Source: Octopus sinensis (lineage: Eukaryota). From it: a stretch of DNA of 64,000 nt. Each line of letters begins with the position of its first letter. Positions within the stretch are counted from its first letter, which is position 1. Under the pieces are notes generated by a model. That model searched no databases. It saw nothing but the letters and a program-made list of their open reading frames with translations, and was not told the origin of the DNA. The stretch covers positions 202,306,001 to 202,370,000 of the forward strand of contig NC_042997.1 of the NCBI RefSeq assembly GCF_006345805.1, in the 5' to 3' direction. A program made the position numbers and the translations under genes. This document shows, in pieces, positions 38,078 through 51,893 of the stretch.

Positions 38078-38397
38078 GTACTCTGTTGGTTACATTGATG
38101 AGGGTTCCGGTTGATCTGGTCAACAGAACAGCCTGCTTGTGAAATTAATGTGCAAGTGGCTGAGCACTCCATAGATATGTGTACCCTTAACATAGCTCTC
38201 CGGGAGATTCAGTATGATACAGAATGTGACAAGGCTGGCCCTTTGAAATGCAAGTACCACTCAATTTTTGCCATCTCAGTGGACAGGAGCAATGTGAAAT
38301 GAAGTGTCTTGCTCAAGAACACAACACGCCACCAAACCCATGATTTTACGATCATGTGCTGAATATCCCTAACCACTGAGCCATGTGCCTTCACTTG
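38078..38397 (-). mobile_element. tRNA-derived SINE, D2-related
   Basis: Shares the GAAATTAATGTGCAAGTGGCTGAGCACTCC 3' module. Confidence 0.75.
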
Positions 38398-38466
38398 AGG
38401 TGAACACACATGGAGAGAGAGAGAGAGACATTACAAATTATTAACTGAACTCAACTGACATAAATA

Positions 38467-39110
38467 TTGGGTCATCCCATAAATAATGCGGTGTTTTTAT
38501 ACTTCTTTTATTTTTCAAAATTAAGATAAACAAAGTTCTTTTTTTAATCTAAAATATACTCTCCTTCATTTTCTACAATGCTCTTCCATCTATCTGGTAG
38601 ACTTGCGAGGCCCCTCTTCCAAAATTCACTTGACATTGATGAAAACTATTCCTCCAGTATTGTTCTGACCTCATCTACAGAATTCATATTTTTTCCATCC
38701 AAATGATTTTGAAAACTGTGGAATAAAGGATAATCAGATGGGGCAATGTCTGGCGAATATGGTGGGTGGAGTATCATTTCCCATTCAAACTGCTCCAGCC
38801 TTTGGAATGTCATCCTCGCTGTATGTGGCTGAGCATTATCCTGATGGAAGAACACCTTTTGCCTTGAAACCAAAGATGGTCGTTTTTCTTCTAGTGCAGG
38901 TGTCAAATGGTTGAATGACCAAATCCAAGCTTCTCTGCTAGTTCTTCAACAGCTATGATGGGATGTTGTTCCACCAGGGTTTGCAGGATGTCCTTGTTGA
39001 GCTCTGCAGATCTTCCAGGAAGAGACACATCTTCTAGCCTGTAGTTTCTGGCTCAAAATTTCTTACGCTTATTGTCTGATCCCCATATACTGCATTAATA
39101 TTCCTCTCAC
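38467..39110 (-). mobile_element. Mariner transposon remnant, internally deleted
   Basis: Minus-strand FFHQDNAQPH...LHPPYSPDIAPSDYPLF catalytic motifs fused to the HTH part (LEDVSLPGRS...EELAEKLGFGHSTI). TA followed by a TIR-like TTGGGTCATCCCATAAATAATGCGG at 38465-38491. Confidence 0.9.
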
Positions 39111-41805
39111 TTAACAAGTGACAAATGGGTGTGTAGCATTGACAAGCTCCTTGTTGGATGAAATGCATTTGTCATTTACGTGAATGATTGTTGTAATGAT
39201 GTCCACCTTGCTATGATCTGTATATATTCTGTGTTTTTAACACATGTCTATGACAAGATTTTCTTTTAGCATAGTAATACCTACAGCAAATATTTGGAGC
39301 AGGCTTTTGGTCTAACAATAACCTAGAAGTAATATTGATTTTTTGCCATCCTTCCCACCACCAGCTGCACCAGGACAAGTCTTGGAGGCTTTGCAACAAA
39401 GCTGCCGTGATATTTTGAGATGTGCTACAGGTTTTATGGATAAGGAGTTATCTCCCTTGCTGGACATTGTTTACAGCACGTGACAGGAAGTGAGAGTATT
39501 TAGATGGTGTTCTCCTGAAATGCATCGGAGTGGGGGTCTTTGCTGTGAGGTTCCCTGTGGTACAGGAGAACCTGGACATTGATATGTGATGTTCTTTGTA
39601 GTATTTCTTGATTTACAGACAATATTACCTGGGTGCTTGTGCCACATTAGAAGCACTAAGTCCACTCTGCTGAGTGGTTGGCATCAGGAAGGACATCCAG
39701 CTGTAAAAAGCCTGCCAAAACAGTTGCAGAAGTCTGGTGCAGGCTTCTACCTTGCCGGCTCCAGTCAAACCGTCTCACCCATGCCAGCATGGAAGGCAGG
39801 CATTAAATGATGATGGTGATGATGATGATGATGATGTAGCAGTCTAGTGTTGGTCATTACTCTTTGACGTGAATCTGCTCCTACCAGCTAAGAAGGCATT
39901 CCAGTGGCAAAAGCCAGTCCTTACTTCATCTCTTCAACAAATGGTTGGATTAGAATTGTTAGTGTTGCAGTTTCTTTTTTGTTTTTTTTTTCCTTATTCA
40001 GTTCTGTTTACATCCAGAGTTCAAATCCTACCAAAAATCATACCATCTTAGTTTTCCTGGGTTGATAAAATAAAGTATCAGCCAAATAATTGCCTGATAC
40101 TGGTGTCTCCCAGATTTCTTGCAGCAAAATACTACAATGTTATAGTGGGGTTTTGGAGGGGGGGTGTTAGAAGTATTCTTTTCAACTATCTACAAACACA
40201 GCCAGGGATGAATAAAAAATTCTCAAACTTGAGGGGATGGGCCCTCATATATGGATCCAAATGGCACAGGGCCCACTTGCCATCGGGCAAGCTGACAACC
40301 TGGCCAGTCCACCACTGCATGACCCCATCACCACCAGATGTTATTAGTTTTGATAGACATTGTGTTTGGTGCAATCTGACAGAAGAACAACAACAGGAGA
40401 CGGAGACAGATGGAGCTGGCCGTCTTAAAACTTCATACCTGAACTAATAGACTGCTGGGTTATTCCAAATGACAAGATTGGTAACCTCCATGTCCTGAAT
40501 CTACTCCACATGTTTCAATGAGATAAATACAAAATAATTATAGAATTGTAAAGGTGATGGAAGAGAAAATAAAGATATGATGAGGAGGGAGAAGGTATAA
40601 AAGGATAAACAAAGACAAACACAGGCACATAATTTGAAAGAGAGTTTAAAATGTATATAATACAGATATAGTAATAATAACACAGTTTGGTTTTGTGTTA
40701 CTTTGCATGAAATGTGTGTTTGTCTACAATCATATCTGTGGGTTGGTTGTGTTCTCACCAAAGAACATGAATAAAGAATATTTAATGCATTCATTTCAAT
40801 GGAAATAGTTATTTTATTTGAAGGATATTTTATTCTTAACATATGAGCAAAGAATTTTTCAAACTTTAGAAATATAGATTTTCTTATCAATCATTTTCCA
40901 ATAAAGGGATTTTATTTATTTTTTTTTTTTTTGAAAGTTTGCTTTTTTGAAAAATTTTCAAAAAATTCTTACAGGCAGATGTTTTTTAGCATTGATTATC
41001 CTCTTTTTTTTTCTTTTTTTTTTTTGAGGACATTTAAACATTGATTTGGTGTTTGTTTACATTATTTATTATTTTATATTTTTATATTTAAATAATTTGT
41101 CTTTGGTGTGTATTTTTATTGGAGAAAAAAATATACAATCAAGCTTTTAGATCTTCAAAGAAAGCTTTCTAACATCTTCTGCATTAATTTGAAAAAGAAA
41201 ATGTATTCCATTAATAAAGCCCACCTATTAAGGAATGTACTGGAACCTGGGTGTTAGTAATAATGGAGAACAGGGTGGAGAGAGAGAATGTGTATGTGTT
41301 TGTGCATGGAAGAGACAGAAAAATACAATGTATGTGTATGTATGAGATAGACAGATAGTTATTTAATCTAAATCATATCTAGCTTAAACATTTTATCTAT
41401 CCCCATGTTTCATTATATAGATATTATATGCATAGACTTTTCCACTTGTTTTGAGAAGATTCCATATCCTTTTATTACCATTCTCGATGTCGGCTTTAAA
41501 ATACCGGTTTAGTGTAGTGAATGAATACTACATCAGAAACGTGTTTTTTTCCTCTTCTTTTCTCAGTACCAGTTTGGGATATATATAATAGAACATAGAA
41601 CTAGTTCATTCTCACTTTGCTATTAAATGTTTCCATTGATAAATCTCACAACTTTTACAAAGGCAAAACATAAATTATATTGAAAATATTTTTATTGTTC
41701 TTATAAATGTTTAGCTTGAAAATTGGCAGCTGCTAGACACACTTGCAGTTTTGTTCTATGACTGAACAAAAATGGAAAGCATTCACCACTATGCAACTAT
41801 ACATA

Positions 41806-41837
<32 letters not shown>

Positions 41838-41840
<3 letters not shown>

Positions 41841-42209
41841 CTTTACTCTTTTACTTGTTTCAGTCATTTTGACTGCGGCCATGCTGGAGCACCGCCTTTA
41901 GTCGAGCAAATCGACCCCGGGACTTATTCTTTGTAAGCCCAGTACTTATTCTATCAGTCTCTTTTGCTGAACCGTTAAGTGACGGGGACGTAAACACACC
42001 AGCATCGGTTGTCGTGCAATGCTAGGGAGACAAACACAGACACACAAACACACACACATACATATATATGACAGGCTTCTTTCAGTTTCCGTCTACCAAA
42101 TCCACTCACAAGGCATTGGTCGGCCCGGGGCTATAGCAGAAGACACTTGCCCAAGATGCCATGCAGTGGGACTGACTGGTTGGTTAGCAAGCTACTTACC
42201 ACACAGCCT
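41838..42209 (-). mobile_element. SINE family A (CpG-rich, young-looking)
   Basis: Reverse copy; head partly deleted. Confidence 0.85.
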
Positions 42210-42299
42210 GGATTGTGTGTGTGTACATCATCAGTATTTTTTGTCTGCTTTTCCATGCCTGCATGGGTTGGATGAGTCCTCTCTAACATAGTCTTACCA

Positions 42300-42680
42300 T
42301 TTATTGCCTTTCTTTGTCATCTCCTTTGTGAAGTTCAGCATCCTGAAATCAGTTTTAACCGATTCTATCCATTTCTTCTTTGGTCTTTTTCTTCTATAGT
42401 TTCCTTCCATGTGGCTCTCAAGGCACCTCTTTACCAATTCCTCCTCATCCATGTTCATTACATGACCATACCAAGACAGTCATCTCTCTTACACCTTACT
42501 TTTGATTCCTCTTTCACCCAGTTTTTCTCTCAGTTCATCTGTATCACAACACTCATGTACACTAACATTTCACATCTGCTGTTTTTAATGCCAACGTCTC
42601 CCTACCATGCAGCATCACACTTCATACCAAAGCAACTTACATTCAACCCCTTTGCTCAAAGAGTGAATCTCCTCTTTATT
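42300..42680 (-). mobile_element. Degenerate RTE LINE 3' fragment
   Basis: Homologous to 25150-25430 (WYGHVMNMDEE, RKRPKKKW). Confidence 0.65.
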
Positions 42681-42942
42681 CTTATGCAGAACACTCTCCT
42701 CCACTGCTGAGTAGTTTGTCAGGCTGACAGAAGCTATCAACTACTTCTATGGAACCTTCCAAGCATCAAAATGAGTTTATTTTACTGGTGCTCTGACTGC
42801 TAACTACTCCTGTGCATCTACCACATACACAGTCTTAATTTGCCATCAACCTACATGTTTCAGTTGCATTCATTGATTTTTTTACAGCCCTGCTACCTTT
42901 ATGCAATACCCATCAATGTATTATTCACTGTTTCCTATGCAT

Positions 42943-43254
42943 CAGTGGTTCTCAACTAGTGTCCATATGCCCTTGAGGTTCCATATAGGATTTTGTCATT
43001 AAAATTTGCCCCAGCATGGCCACAGCCTTAGGGCTGAAACATAGAAAAGAATAAAAGATCAAAAGTATAATAAATTAATTATATTTCTATAATACACAAA
43101 ATATTTTGCTAATTTTTTATACAGTTCCTAGTAATATTTAATTATGAAAATATAAAAAAAGGTATTTTTTAAGCATCAAATGACTATAGGGGTCCATTTT
43201 GAGTAAAATAGGGATCAAATGGGTCTACAGGCAAAAAACTGTTGAGAAACTCTG
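42943..43254 (+). mobile_element. hAT (Charlie-like) MITE with a short SINE 3' piece inside
   Basis: TIRs CAGTGGTTCTCAAC / GTTGAGAAACTCTG; 8-bp TSD CTATGCAT/CTCTGCAT (7/8). Confidence 0.75.
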
Positions 43255-43470
43255 CTCTGCATGAAAGCATGAATTATGTCTTAGCAAGTGACAAATGGAT
43301 GCACAGCACGGACAAGTCCCAAGTTGGGCAAAAACACATCTGTCTTTCTTGGGAATCACTGCTGCAGTGCTGTTTGCCTCATTCTAATATATTTTGCTTT
43401 ATCACATTTGTGAAGAGATTTTCTCACAGACAAAAACCACAGCATCATGCCTTTCAATGGTTTATATACA

Positions 43471-43790
43471 TCTCTCTATATACAAACAGCAAAATGTCTG
43501 TGTGTGTGTGTGTGTGTGTCCTTTATACAAATCCACAATTTTTCAGTTAGAGGGCTCGCACTTTCTATGGTCATTCAAAACCGTCCAAGGGTGGTCGTGC
43601 ACATCTTTACATTTCCCCAGTCACCCTGTAAAGCCATTAAAAAAATCAATAGAAGTGACTTTTTTGTGAATTTTCTATCCAAAACCCAATCAAAATGCCC
43701 GAAACGTGATATGCCAATTGAATGCCAGCTAGCTGTATGTGATTGGTCGGAGATTTGGACAGGACTCGTGTTGCTGGGTCATAGTGCTAG
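43471..43790 (+). mobile_element. Non-autonomous Helitron
   Basis: A|TCTCTCTATATAC start, internal (TG)n, hairpin GACTCGTGTTGCTGGGTC (43763-43780), then CTAG|T. Confidence 0.75.
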
Positions 43791-44117
43791 TTTAATATAA
43801 TGGTGATTTTGATTTAATACTTTTTAAATTACGTTCACTGCCGGTTTTTTTTCTAACCTAGCTTGAAATATTGCTTTCAAATTTTAGCACATGACCAGCA
43901 ATTTTGTGTGGGCTAAGTTGTTTACATTGACACCAGTATACAGCTGGTACTTATTTTAATGACCTCGAAAGGACAAAAGTCAAACTCAACCTCAGCAATA
44001 TTTAAATTCAGAACATAAAGCCTGAAAAAATGCCACTAAGCATTTTCGCCATCTCAGTGATAATTCTGCTAGCTTGACACCTTACTTTTAGCTTGAAATA
44101 TTAAAATTATGTCTCTA

Positions 44118-44490
44118 ATCATCATCATCATTGTCATCGTTTAATATCCGCTTTCCATGTTGGCATGGGTTGGACAGTTTGACTGAGGGCTGGCAAACCA
44201 GAAGGCTGCACAAGGCTCCAATCCAATCTGGCAAAGTTTCTACAGCTGGATGCCCTTCCTGACGCCAATCACTCTGAGAGTGTAGTGGGTGCTTTTTATG
44301 TGCCACCAGCATGAGGGCCAGTCAGGCGGCACTAGTAATGATCACGCTCAAATGGTGCTTTTTACATGCCACTGGCATGAAACCAGTCAGACGGCACTGG
44401 CATCAACCACACTCAAATGGTGCTTTGTATGTGCCACCGGCATAGGTGCCAATCGGGCGGTACTGTCATCAGCCTCAACAACAATTTCTA
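44118..44490 (-). mobile_element. SINE family C
   Basis: Reverse copy with three internal units. Confidence 0.8.
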
Positions 44491-45451
44491 ATATACATTG
44501 ATACTTGTGAAAATGGTCATGGTGAAATCAACTACTTTAAACATTCAGTTGTAGACTGGAGAACAACAATTGGAAGCTGGATCATGCCCCCCATAGTCAT
44601 ACTGATCCTGGATCTGTGGGATTCCTTGACTGCAGGTTCCCCTTTATCAGGTGGGCTACATCAGCCATTCACATTTTGTATACTATATAAACATTTTAGC
44701 TCATTTCTCCCCTTTTCCTTCTTTTTTTTCTCTTCACACCATTTCTATGTAAATCTCACATACAAATTGTAAATCATCCTTGTAATGTCCCCCCTCATTA
44801 ACCACCCTTCTAACCAATAAAAGTAATTGTTGTTTTACTTATATCTTTTTATGTTAGGATGGATGGGCATGCAATTTGTTGAAGCATTGGTTTTTACAAC
44901 ACCATTCTTATTCCTATCACCAATCCAGAAACCTGTCTTATTTCTTGACCATTGTGGTCAGTAGTCTAGCACTTCAATTTTACAGTATAATATCTTGTAT
45001 AAGATAGATCAATTTCCATCTCTGTTTGAGGCAGTAATTTTACTATTATTTTCTTAGCCTTAAAGTAAATATATTGTTTAGATTTGTGATGAACAGGAAT
45101 TTAGTTTGTTTACAAAACCTCTAGAATAACACAATGCTTGTCATTTCCAGACCTCATATTTATTGATCAGCTAAATTAATATTTCACAAATTTCTTAAAA
45201 ACTACTTTAATTTTAGTTTGCTCTTCTCGTGAAGAGCTGCTTATTTCAAATGACTATCAGAATGAAACCCAGGCCTTGTCAGCTATCTACTCATTCATTG
45301 TGCTTCGTCAGTAATCAGAGATAATTAAACACCTCATTTAAAAAATTTCTTATCAAAAGACTTAGCTCGTCAAACTTTGTAATTCATAACGAAACCATTG
45401 ATAGGCATCTGACAAACGCATAATAATGCTGCATGCCTTTTTAATTATTTT

Positions 45452-45487
<36 letters not shown>

Positions 45488-45716
45488 AATCTTCATTCTT
45501 ATTTGGTATTCCATAGCTTACAATACCTCTGACCTTTTCAAATTCGAAGCTGCCACTAGCATTAATACTGATCACATTACAAAAATCCAAACAGTTGGAA
45601 AAAAAAAAGAACCAGTTATTGAATTATTGGCAGCTTTTGTCTTTTAATAAGAGATGAAATATATAAAAATGATGACATAGACTTTATGAGTGTGTGTGTA
45701 TATATACATGTGTGTA

Positions 45717-45757
<41 letters not shown>

Positions 45758-47027
45758 ATTCACACGCACACACAAGCAAAAACTCATTTTCATTTTGTGA
45801 AGGTATTTTCTATAAAAATGCATTTTTTGTTTGTACATTTTGATTGGCAATAACTTTATGGATAAATTTCACTAATGCTGAAGATTGAATCGGAGGAGTG
45901 AGAATTTTATTGTTGGCACTAATTGAGATTTTCTTTCTTTCGCTTTTCTAATTATTTCTTGTCTTTATTTTCATCACTTATTTTTCTGGCCAATCAGTGT
46001 TAAGTTTTTTAAAAAATGGAAGAATGATTTATGAGTGGAACCAGATGGAGGCAAGCAAAAATGGCCCCTGTCTTTCCAGTCAACCATACTTCTATCAAGT
46101 CAACATAGGATTCTGTATAATGTTACTCATTCTGCTAGAGATAGCAGCAAAGTATCCTTCAAAGCACATCCTTCAATTTTAAAAGGAAATACACAGTAGA
46201 TAATGTAGTTCTGGATAGCCCTAAATAAAGATGAGTGGAATGCTTTCTATCATATATCTGCTTTATCAGGGTTGATGTGGGGCCAAACATTAAAGACCCT
46301 ACTTTTATGGTCCAACTTCATATAAAAGCTAAAGATGGCCAGTTTTATTGCATCCCACATACCCTATTATCAGTTGATCCAGATAGGAAAAAAAAAAGGG
46401 GGTTCTGTGTAAAAATACATCTTAATGTCATAATTTTCATCATTATTTTTACTGTTTTCCCTATTGATACAAGTTGGATGGGACTTTGAGGTAGGTTTTT
46501 GTAATTGGATTCCCTTCTGGATGTCGACCTCTTTAGTCACCTCTAATGTTTAAACTTATGACTGACAGACTAGTTTATCATCAGAAAGAAAGGGGGTTTT
46601 ATTCCAAATGCTTAAAAAACAATGAAAAACTAAAAAAGAACCCCACTGCCCTCTGTTACAGTAAACTGGATGATAAGCTTGACCTGTTGTCCAGTTTATC
46701 AATATGCCTCAACTGACCACTTAGGAAGCTATTGAAATGAAATGAAAATAAAAACAAACAGCAATCAGCTCGTTATTGTTTTAACATCAAATTTCTATGC
46801 TTGCATGGGTTGGACAGTTTATCGAGGCAGATTTTTGACAGCTGGATGCCATTCCTGTCACCCTCACCCCATGGCCAGACATGTTTTCACAGAATATTCA
46901 AAATGAAAGACACTGCTTGTGTGACAGTGACCCTCGTTTATAAGTATCATTATACAATGTCAAAACAAGGAGACACACATCACATACACGTACACACACA
47001 CACATATACACATATATATTAAATACA

Positions 47028-47400
47028 AGAGCACCATCCGAGCATGATCATTGCCAGAGCAGCTATCTGGCCTCCGTGCCGGTGGTACATAAAAGACACC
47101 ATTTGAGCGTGATCGTTACCAGCATTGCCTTACTGTCACCTGTGCCAGTGACATGTGTAAAAGATTTGAGCGAGGTCATTGCCAGTACCACCTAACTGGC
47201 CTTGTGCTGGTGGCACGTAAAAAGCACCCACTACATACTTGGAGTGGTTGGCATTAGGAAGGGCATTCAGCTGTAGAAACTCTGCCAGATCAAGATTGAA
47301 GCCTCGTGCAGCCATCTGGTTCACCAGCTCTCAGTCATTCATCCAACCCATGCTAGCATGGAAAGCGGACGTTCAATGATGATGATGATGATGATGATGA
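47028..47400 (+). mobile_element. SINE family C nested in a family A-like SINE
   Basis: Three internal units and a (GAT)n tail, followed directly by a family A 5' half (47400-47545, minus strand). Confidence 0.8.
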
Positions 47401-48029
47401 ATGGGCTTCTTTCAATTTCCATCTATCAAATCTACTCACAAGGCTTTGGCCAGCCCAAGGCTAATATAGAAAACACCTGCCCAAGGTTCCACACACTGTG
47501 TTTTTGGGAAGCAATCTTCTTAACTATGCAACCACGTCTGTGCTCGTCAACTTGAATCTGTTAATTATTTCATAAGATTGATTGATTGTTCATGATAAGA
47601 ATATATTATAGTTTATAAATTGCTATTCATTAGACATTGTCAGTCACAAGAATTAAAAACAAAACATTATGTCATTGATGAATTCAAAACAAACATTGTA
47701 TTGATAAAAGATTATACCATTTCTAATTGGGAATATTCAAAACTAATTTTAAGCATGTCTGTGTAGTTAAGAGGAGAATTTGACAAACACATCAGTCTGG
47801 ACACAGTCCTACTGCAGCACCTTGGGGAAGCAAGGAGAGGGCTGGGTTTAGGAGGGATACTCAGTGCCAAGAACAAAATCAGGGGTAATGGCAGGGTGCT
47901 GCCATTGGCAAAATGAAGGGGTCTTCAGGGAAAAAAGGGGAGTTGAAATGGGCATTAATGAGTATTTCATGGAAAATTAAGTGGTAAGGAGATAATATTG
48001 AGTAGGGCCTCATTTTTGCTTGGATGGGT

Positions 48030-48860
48030 GAGTCTTCTCAATCACAACAAATTGCCAATCCTTTCAGTCTTTTGTCATCACCTCTGTGAGTCTCAACATC
48101 TGAAGGTCATCTTCCATTTCATCCCGTGTCTTTTTGGGTCTCCTTCTTCCACAGGTTCCATTCACAATTTGCAAGCAACTCTTCTTCAATCCATACATAT
48201 TGTTTGACCATACAAGTGCAGTCTTCTCTCTTGTACATTACACCTGATGCCACTTGTGCCCAAATTTTCTCTCAACACGTTTGCACTTTGTTGTACTTGC
48301 ACAGTTAACATTGCACATCTAGTGCAGCATGCAAGCTTCATTTCTTTCTAACACTCACATGTCCTCTGCATTCACAGCTCATGTCTCACTACCATCATAC
48401 ACTCTGCCTTCCTCTTTGAGAGAGAGAGAGATAATAACATTCCAAAGTTTCTTCAGTCAGTTCTTATTCTAGTCACTTCTTTCTGAGCATCCCCCTCCAC
48501 TGCTAATTAGGGATCCTAGGAAAAAGAAACTATCAATTGCTTCTAAGGATCATCTCAGGCATTCGAGGAGAGGGATTACCTGTATTCTTTGTTTTTAGTT
48601 GTTCCCGCACATCTACCACACACAAACTCTACTTTCACTTTTAACCTTCCTTTGGTTCCACTGCACCTCTAACATGTCCACTGCATATGCTGTAGGGAAT
48701 TTCTACCTACACATTCTCTACATCTCAAACAGGGCCATTTTCCTGCTCGTTAGAACTTTGGTCTTTACTAAGTTAAATTTAAGACTCTTTGATACTAGGT
48801 TTTGCTGCCACACCTGGTATTTCTTCTCTAAATCTATTGCAGATTTACCTGCGACAGGCT
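48030..48860 (-). mobile_element. Degenerate RTE LINE fragment (RT end to 3' UTR)
   Basis: Reverse complement resembles 19390-19480 (YQVWQQNLVSKSLKFNLVKTKVL) and 25150-25430. Confidence 0.7.
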
Positions 48861-49593
48861 TATTTCAATTTGTGTTTGTTAATCCATTTACAAGGCTTTC
48901 CCAGAGTGCCACACAGTAGGATTGACCCCCAAAACCATATATTTAGCAAGCAAACTTCTTAACCACACAGCCATGCCTGAGAGATCTGCTTCCTCTGTTT
49001 GGTTAAGTTTTGCTTTTGGCTTCATTGGTTGTAATGCAAACTGGAAAAAAAAATATCTATTTGGCCTCAACCTGTTTTAATCTTGCTTCACTGTTTGTAT
49101 TTGAGTTCCCAATAGACATATTATTCTTATATTTTGACATTTTTCCCCACATAAAACTTAAACATTTTACTTTTATTTATCAATGTAGCATATGAAAGGC
49201 TACATGGGACAGAGTTGTTAAATGTTGAAAGTTGTGTTTATTCTCTGGATGAAAGAGCAGAGCTTGTAAAACTATCATGCTATTTTAACTTGAAACATCT
49301 CACCAAATAACAACTATTAATTGGAAATAACAGCTTGATGTATAATATTTAGATTGATATTAATATAATGAGCTACAGCCATAACATGGTTGTTAATGGG
49401 ACTAGTTTCAATTATAGATCATTTACTTCCTTTCATCTATGTAATTTACAAATTCTGAAAATATTTTCACTCAGAAGAATATACTTTCAAGAGAAATATA
49501 ATTTTGATATCTTTCCATGTCCAGTGCAAATAATAAAAAAAAGAAAGAAAAGCAAGTCTTATTTATTTATTTTATTCTTTAGTCCTCTTATTT

Positions 49594-49900
49594 CTCAGCT
49601 CTGTAATGGTTCCAATATGTCACAGCTACTCAGAGACACATAGATACATTGATAGAGATGTTTGGGGGGTCTCAGGGAGTTTGGGGGTCTCTTAATGGAG
49701 AAAATATAAAGATCATTTTTTTGTATTTTTAACCCTTTGCTTCCTCAGTTCTGTAATGGTTCCAATATGTCACAGCTGCTCTGAGACACATAGATACATT
49801 GATAGAGATGTTTCTGGGGTCTCAGGGAGTTTTGGGGGTCTCTTAATGGAGAAAATATAAAGAACATCTTTTTGTATTTTTAACCCTTTGCTTCCTCAGT
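49594..49900. repeat. Tandem duplication, two units of about 150 bp
   Basis: CTCAG-TCTGTAATGGTTCCAATATGTCACAGC starts at 49594 and again at 49744. Confidence 0.95.
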
Positions 49901-50849
49901 AGTCCCAAGATACATCACACAAATGCTCTGGGATCCATCATTAATGATGTTTCTGAAACATTAGAAGGGTTTGCCTATCTTCACAGAGTGATATACAGTA
50001 ATAAACAATAAAAGTAAACTTTTGGGAATTTTAGTCCTTTAATTCCTAACAGAAGTGTCATAGATGTCTTATACATTGGACAAAACTGTATTTGATAGAG
50101 GGGGCAGAACCTTTCCATGCAAGCCTTCCCTCTCTCCCTGTTATTGATGTTTATCCAAGTGAAGTAACATTGACTTGGGTCAAAACAATTTGACACAACT
50201 GTCATTGCAAGTATTGCTGTTGGAACACAGAGTCAGATAAGCCACCACAAAGAATGTTGCCTGCCCCTCTAATTGTTCTGCAAATTCACTTCCCTGGAAT
50301 GGTACAGTATTTATCAACCCTGAGAGGATGAAATGCAGAGTTGACCATAGCAGGGTTTCAACTCATAGTATGTAGTGTTCGAACATACTATCCAACATTC
50401 TTAATAACTCTGCTAATTCACTGTCTCGGTAGATTTAATCTGACATCCATTTTAACATCCCCTGACCCTTGTGTGCCTTCAACGGATTCTACTTTGTTCC
50501 AGGCCTTTGGTTTAAGTCTCCAGCCTAGATATATCTTCAGCCCTTCTTCCTAGCTCTGAATGACCTGTAAATGATGTACATCGAAGACAAAAATGATTTT
50601 TTTTTTTTATTTCAAATAAAACACATTCTACTGTCTTTAAAAATAAAATGTAATGGTTTTATCATCGACTACAGTTCCAGATATACAAGACATTTGGTCT
50701 TGTCTTACTGAAGATATGACAACATCTCTAGTGCTGGTGCTATGATACAATTCACCTAGTATATGTTGTATAGTAGTTGGTGAAAGGAAGAGTGCCCAGC
50801 TGTAGAAACCACAACAATGTTGAAGGGAAGATATTAGGATTAGTTGGAA

Positions 50850-51450
50850 CACTCCAGTACTTGAATGGTACTTTATTTTATCAACCCCAGTCGGAAGAAA
50901 AGTAAGTTGACTCCAGCTGGATTTGAACTCAGGATGTAAAGAGCCAGAACAAGTATCACAAAGTATTTTTTCAATACTTTAACAAATCTGCCATCTTACC
51001 ATCTTGGTAATGATAATTGCTTCAAATTTTGGGATAAGGCCAGCAACTTTAGGAGGGGTAAGTCAACAAACCAACCCCCAGTGCTTAAATGGTATTTTAT
51101 CACCTCCATCCCCAAAAAAAGAAATGAAAGGCAAAGTTGACTTTGGTGGAATTTGAACTCAGAGTGTAAAGAGCCAGAAAAAATGCCACTAAACCCTTTT
51201 TCTTATACTTTATTGATTTTACCAGTTTCATAATAATAATAGTTTCAAACTTTGACTCAAGGCCAGCAATTTTAGGAGGGCTAATTGATTACATTGATAT
51301 AAGTACTTGACTGGTACTTTTACTGACCCTGACAGGCTGACAGGCAAAGTTGACCTCAACAGGATTTGAACCCAGAACATAAATAGCCAGAAGAAATGCT
51401 GCCTAGCATTTTTGTCTGATGTTCTAATGATTCCGCCAGATCATTGCCTT
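50850..51450 (-). mobile_element. Three tandem diverged SINE family B copies
   Basis: GATTTGAACTCAG-type B-box motif recurs near 50920, 51150 and 51363. Confidence 0.7.
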
Positions 51451-51661
51451 TACCTTGGTAAGAACAAAAGATTATGTTATTGTCTTCAGAACTTCAGAAC
51501 TTGCTTTATCATTTTCCAGAATCTTAATTCTATTTTCATAAATTTCATTTGTTTTGTATATTTTACGATTTTGTAACTCTGTTTCCTTTTTTTTAATTAA
51601 TTTTTGGTTACTCAGTTATTTGTTATATTATTATTTTTTTCTCTCTTTTTCCTTTTTGTAG

Positions 51662-51842
51662 CTGACCTTGAGTATTAAAAGAATCAATCGTTACGCACCT
51701 GTATTCACCCAAGACAACTATCTGTTTATTACGCGACGTAATGTTACCGTTGGCAGCTTTGTTGGACAAGTCAGTGCTTTCGATCAAGATGTTGGCCCCA
51801 ATGGTCACATACACATGTACAGGATTTATGGTGGCAATGATG
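51662..51842 (+). CDS. Cadherin-family gene, 181-bp exon (EC1-EC2 linker and first half of EC2)
   Basis: Polypyrimidine tract with AG at 51660-51661 and donor GATG|GTAAGC at 51843; phase 0/1. Encodes LTLSIKRINRYAPVFTQDNYLFITRRNVTVGSFVGQVSAFDQDVGPNGHIHMYRIYGGND, with APxF and VxAxDxDxGxNG cadherin motifs. The gene continues beyond what I could trace. Confidence 0.92.
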
Positions 51843-51893
51843 GTAAGCAAACTATTATTTACAGCTATTACTAGCATATATAGATATATATTG

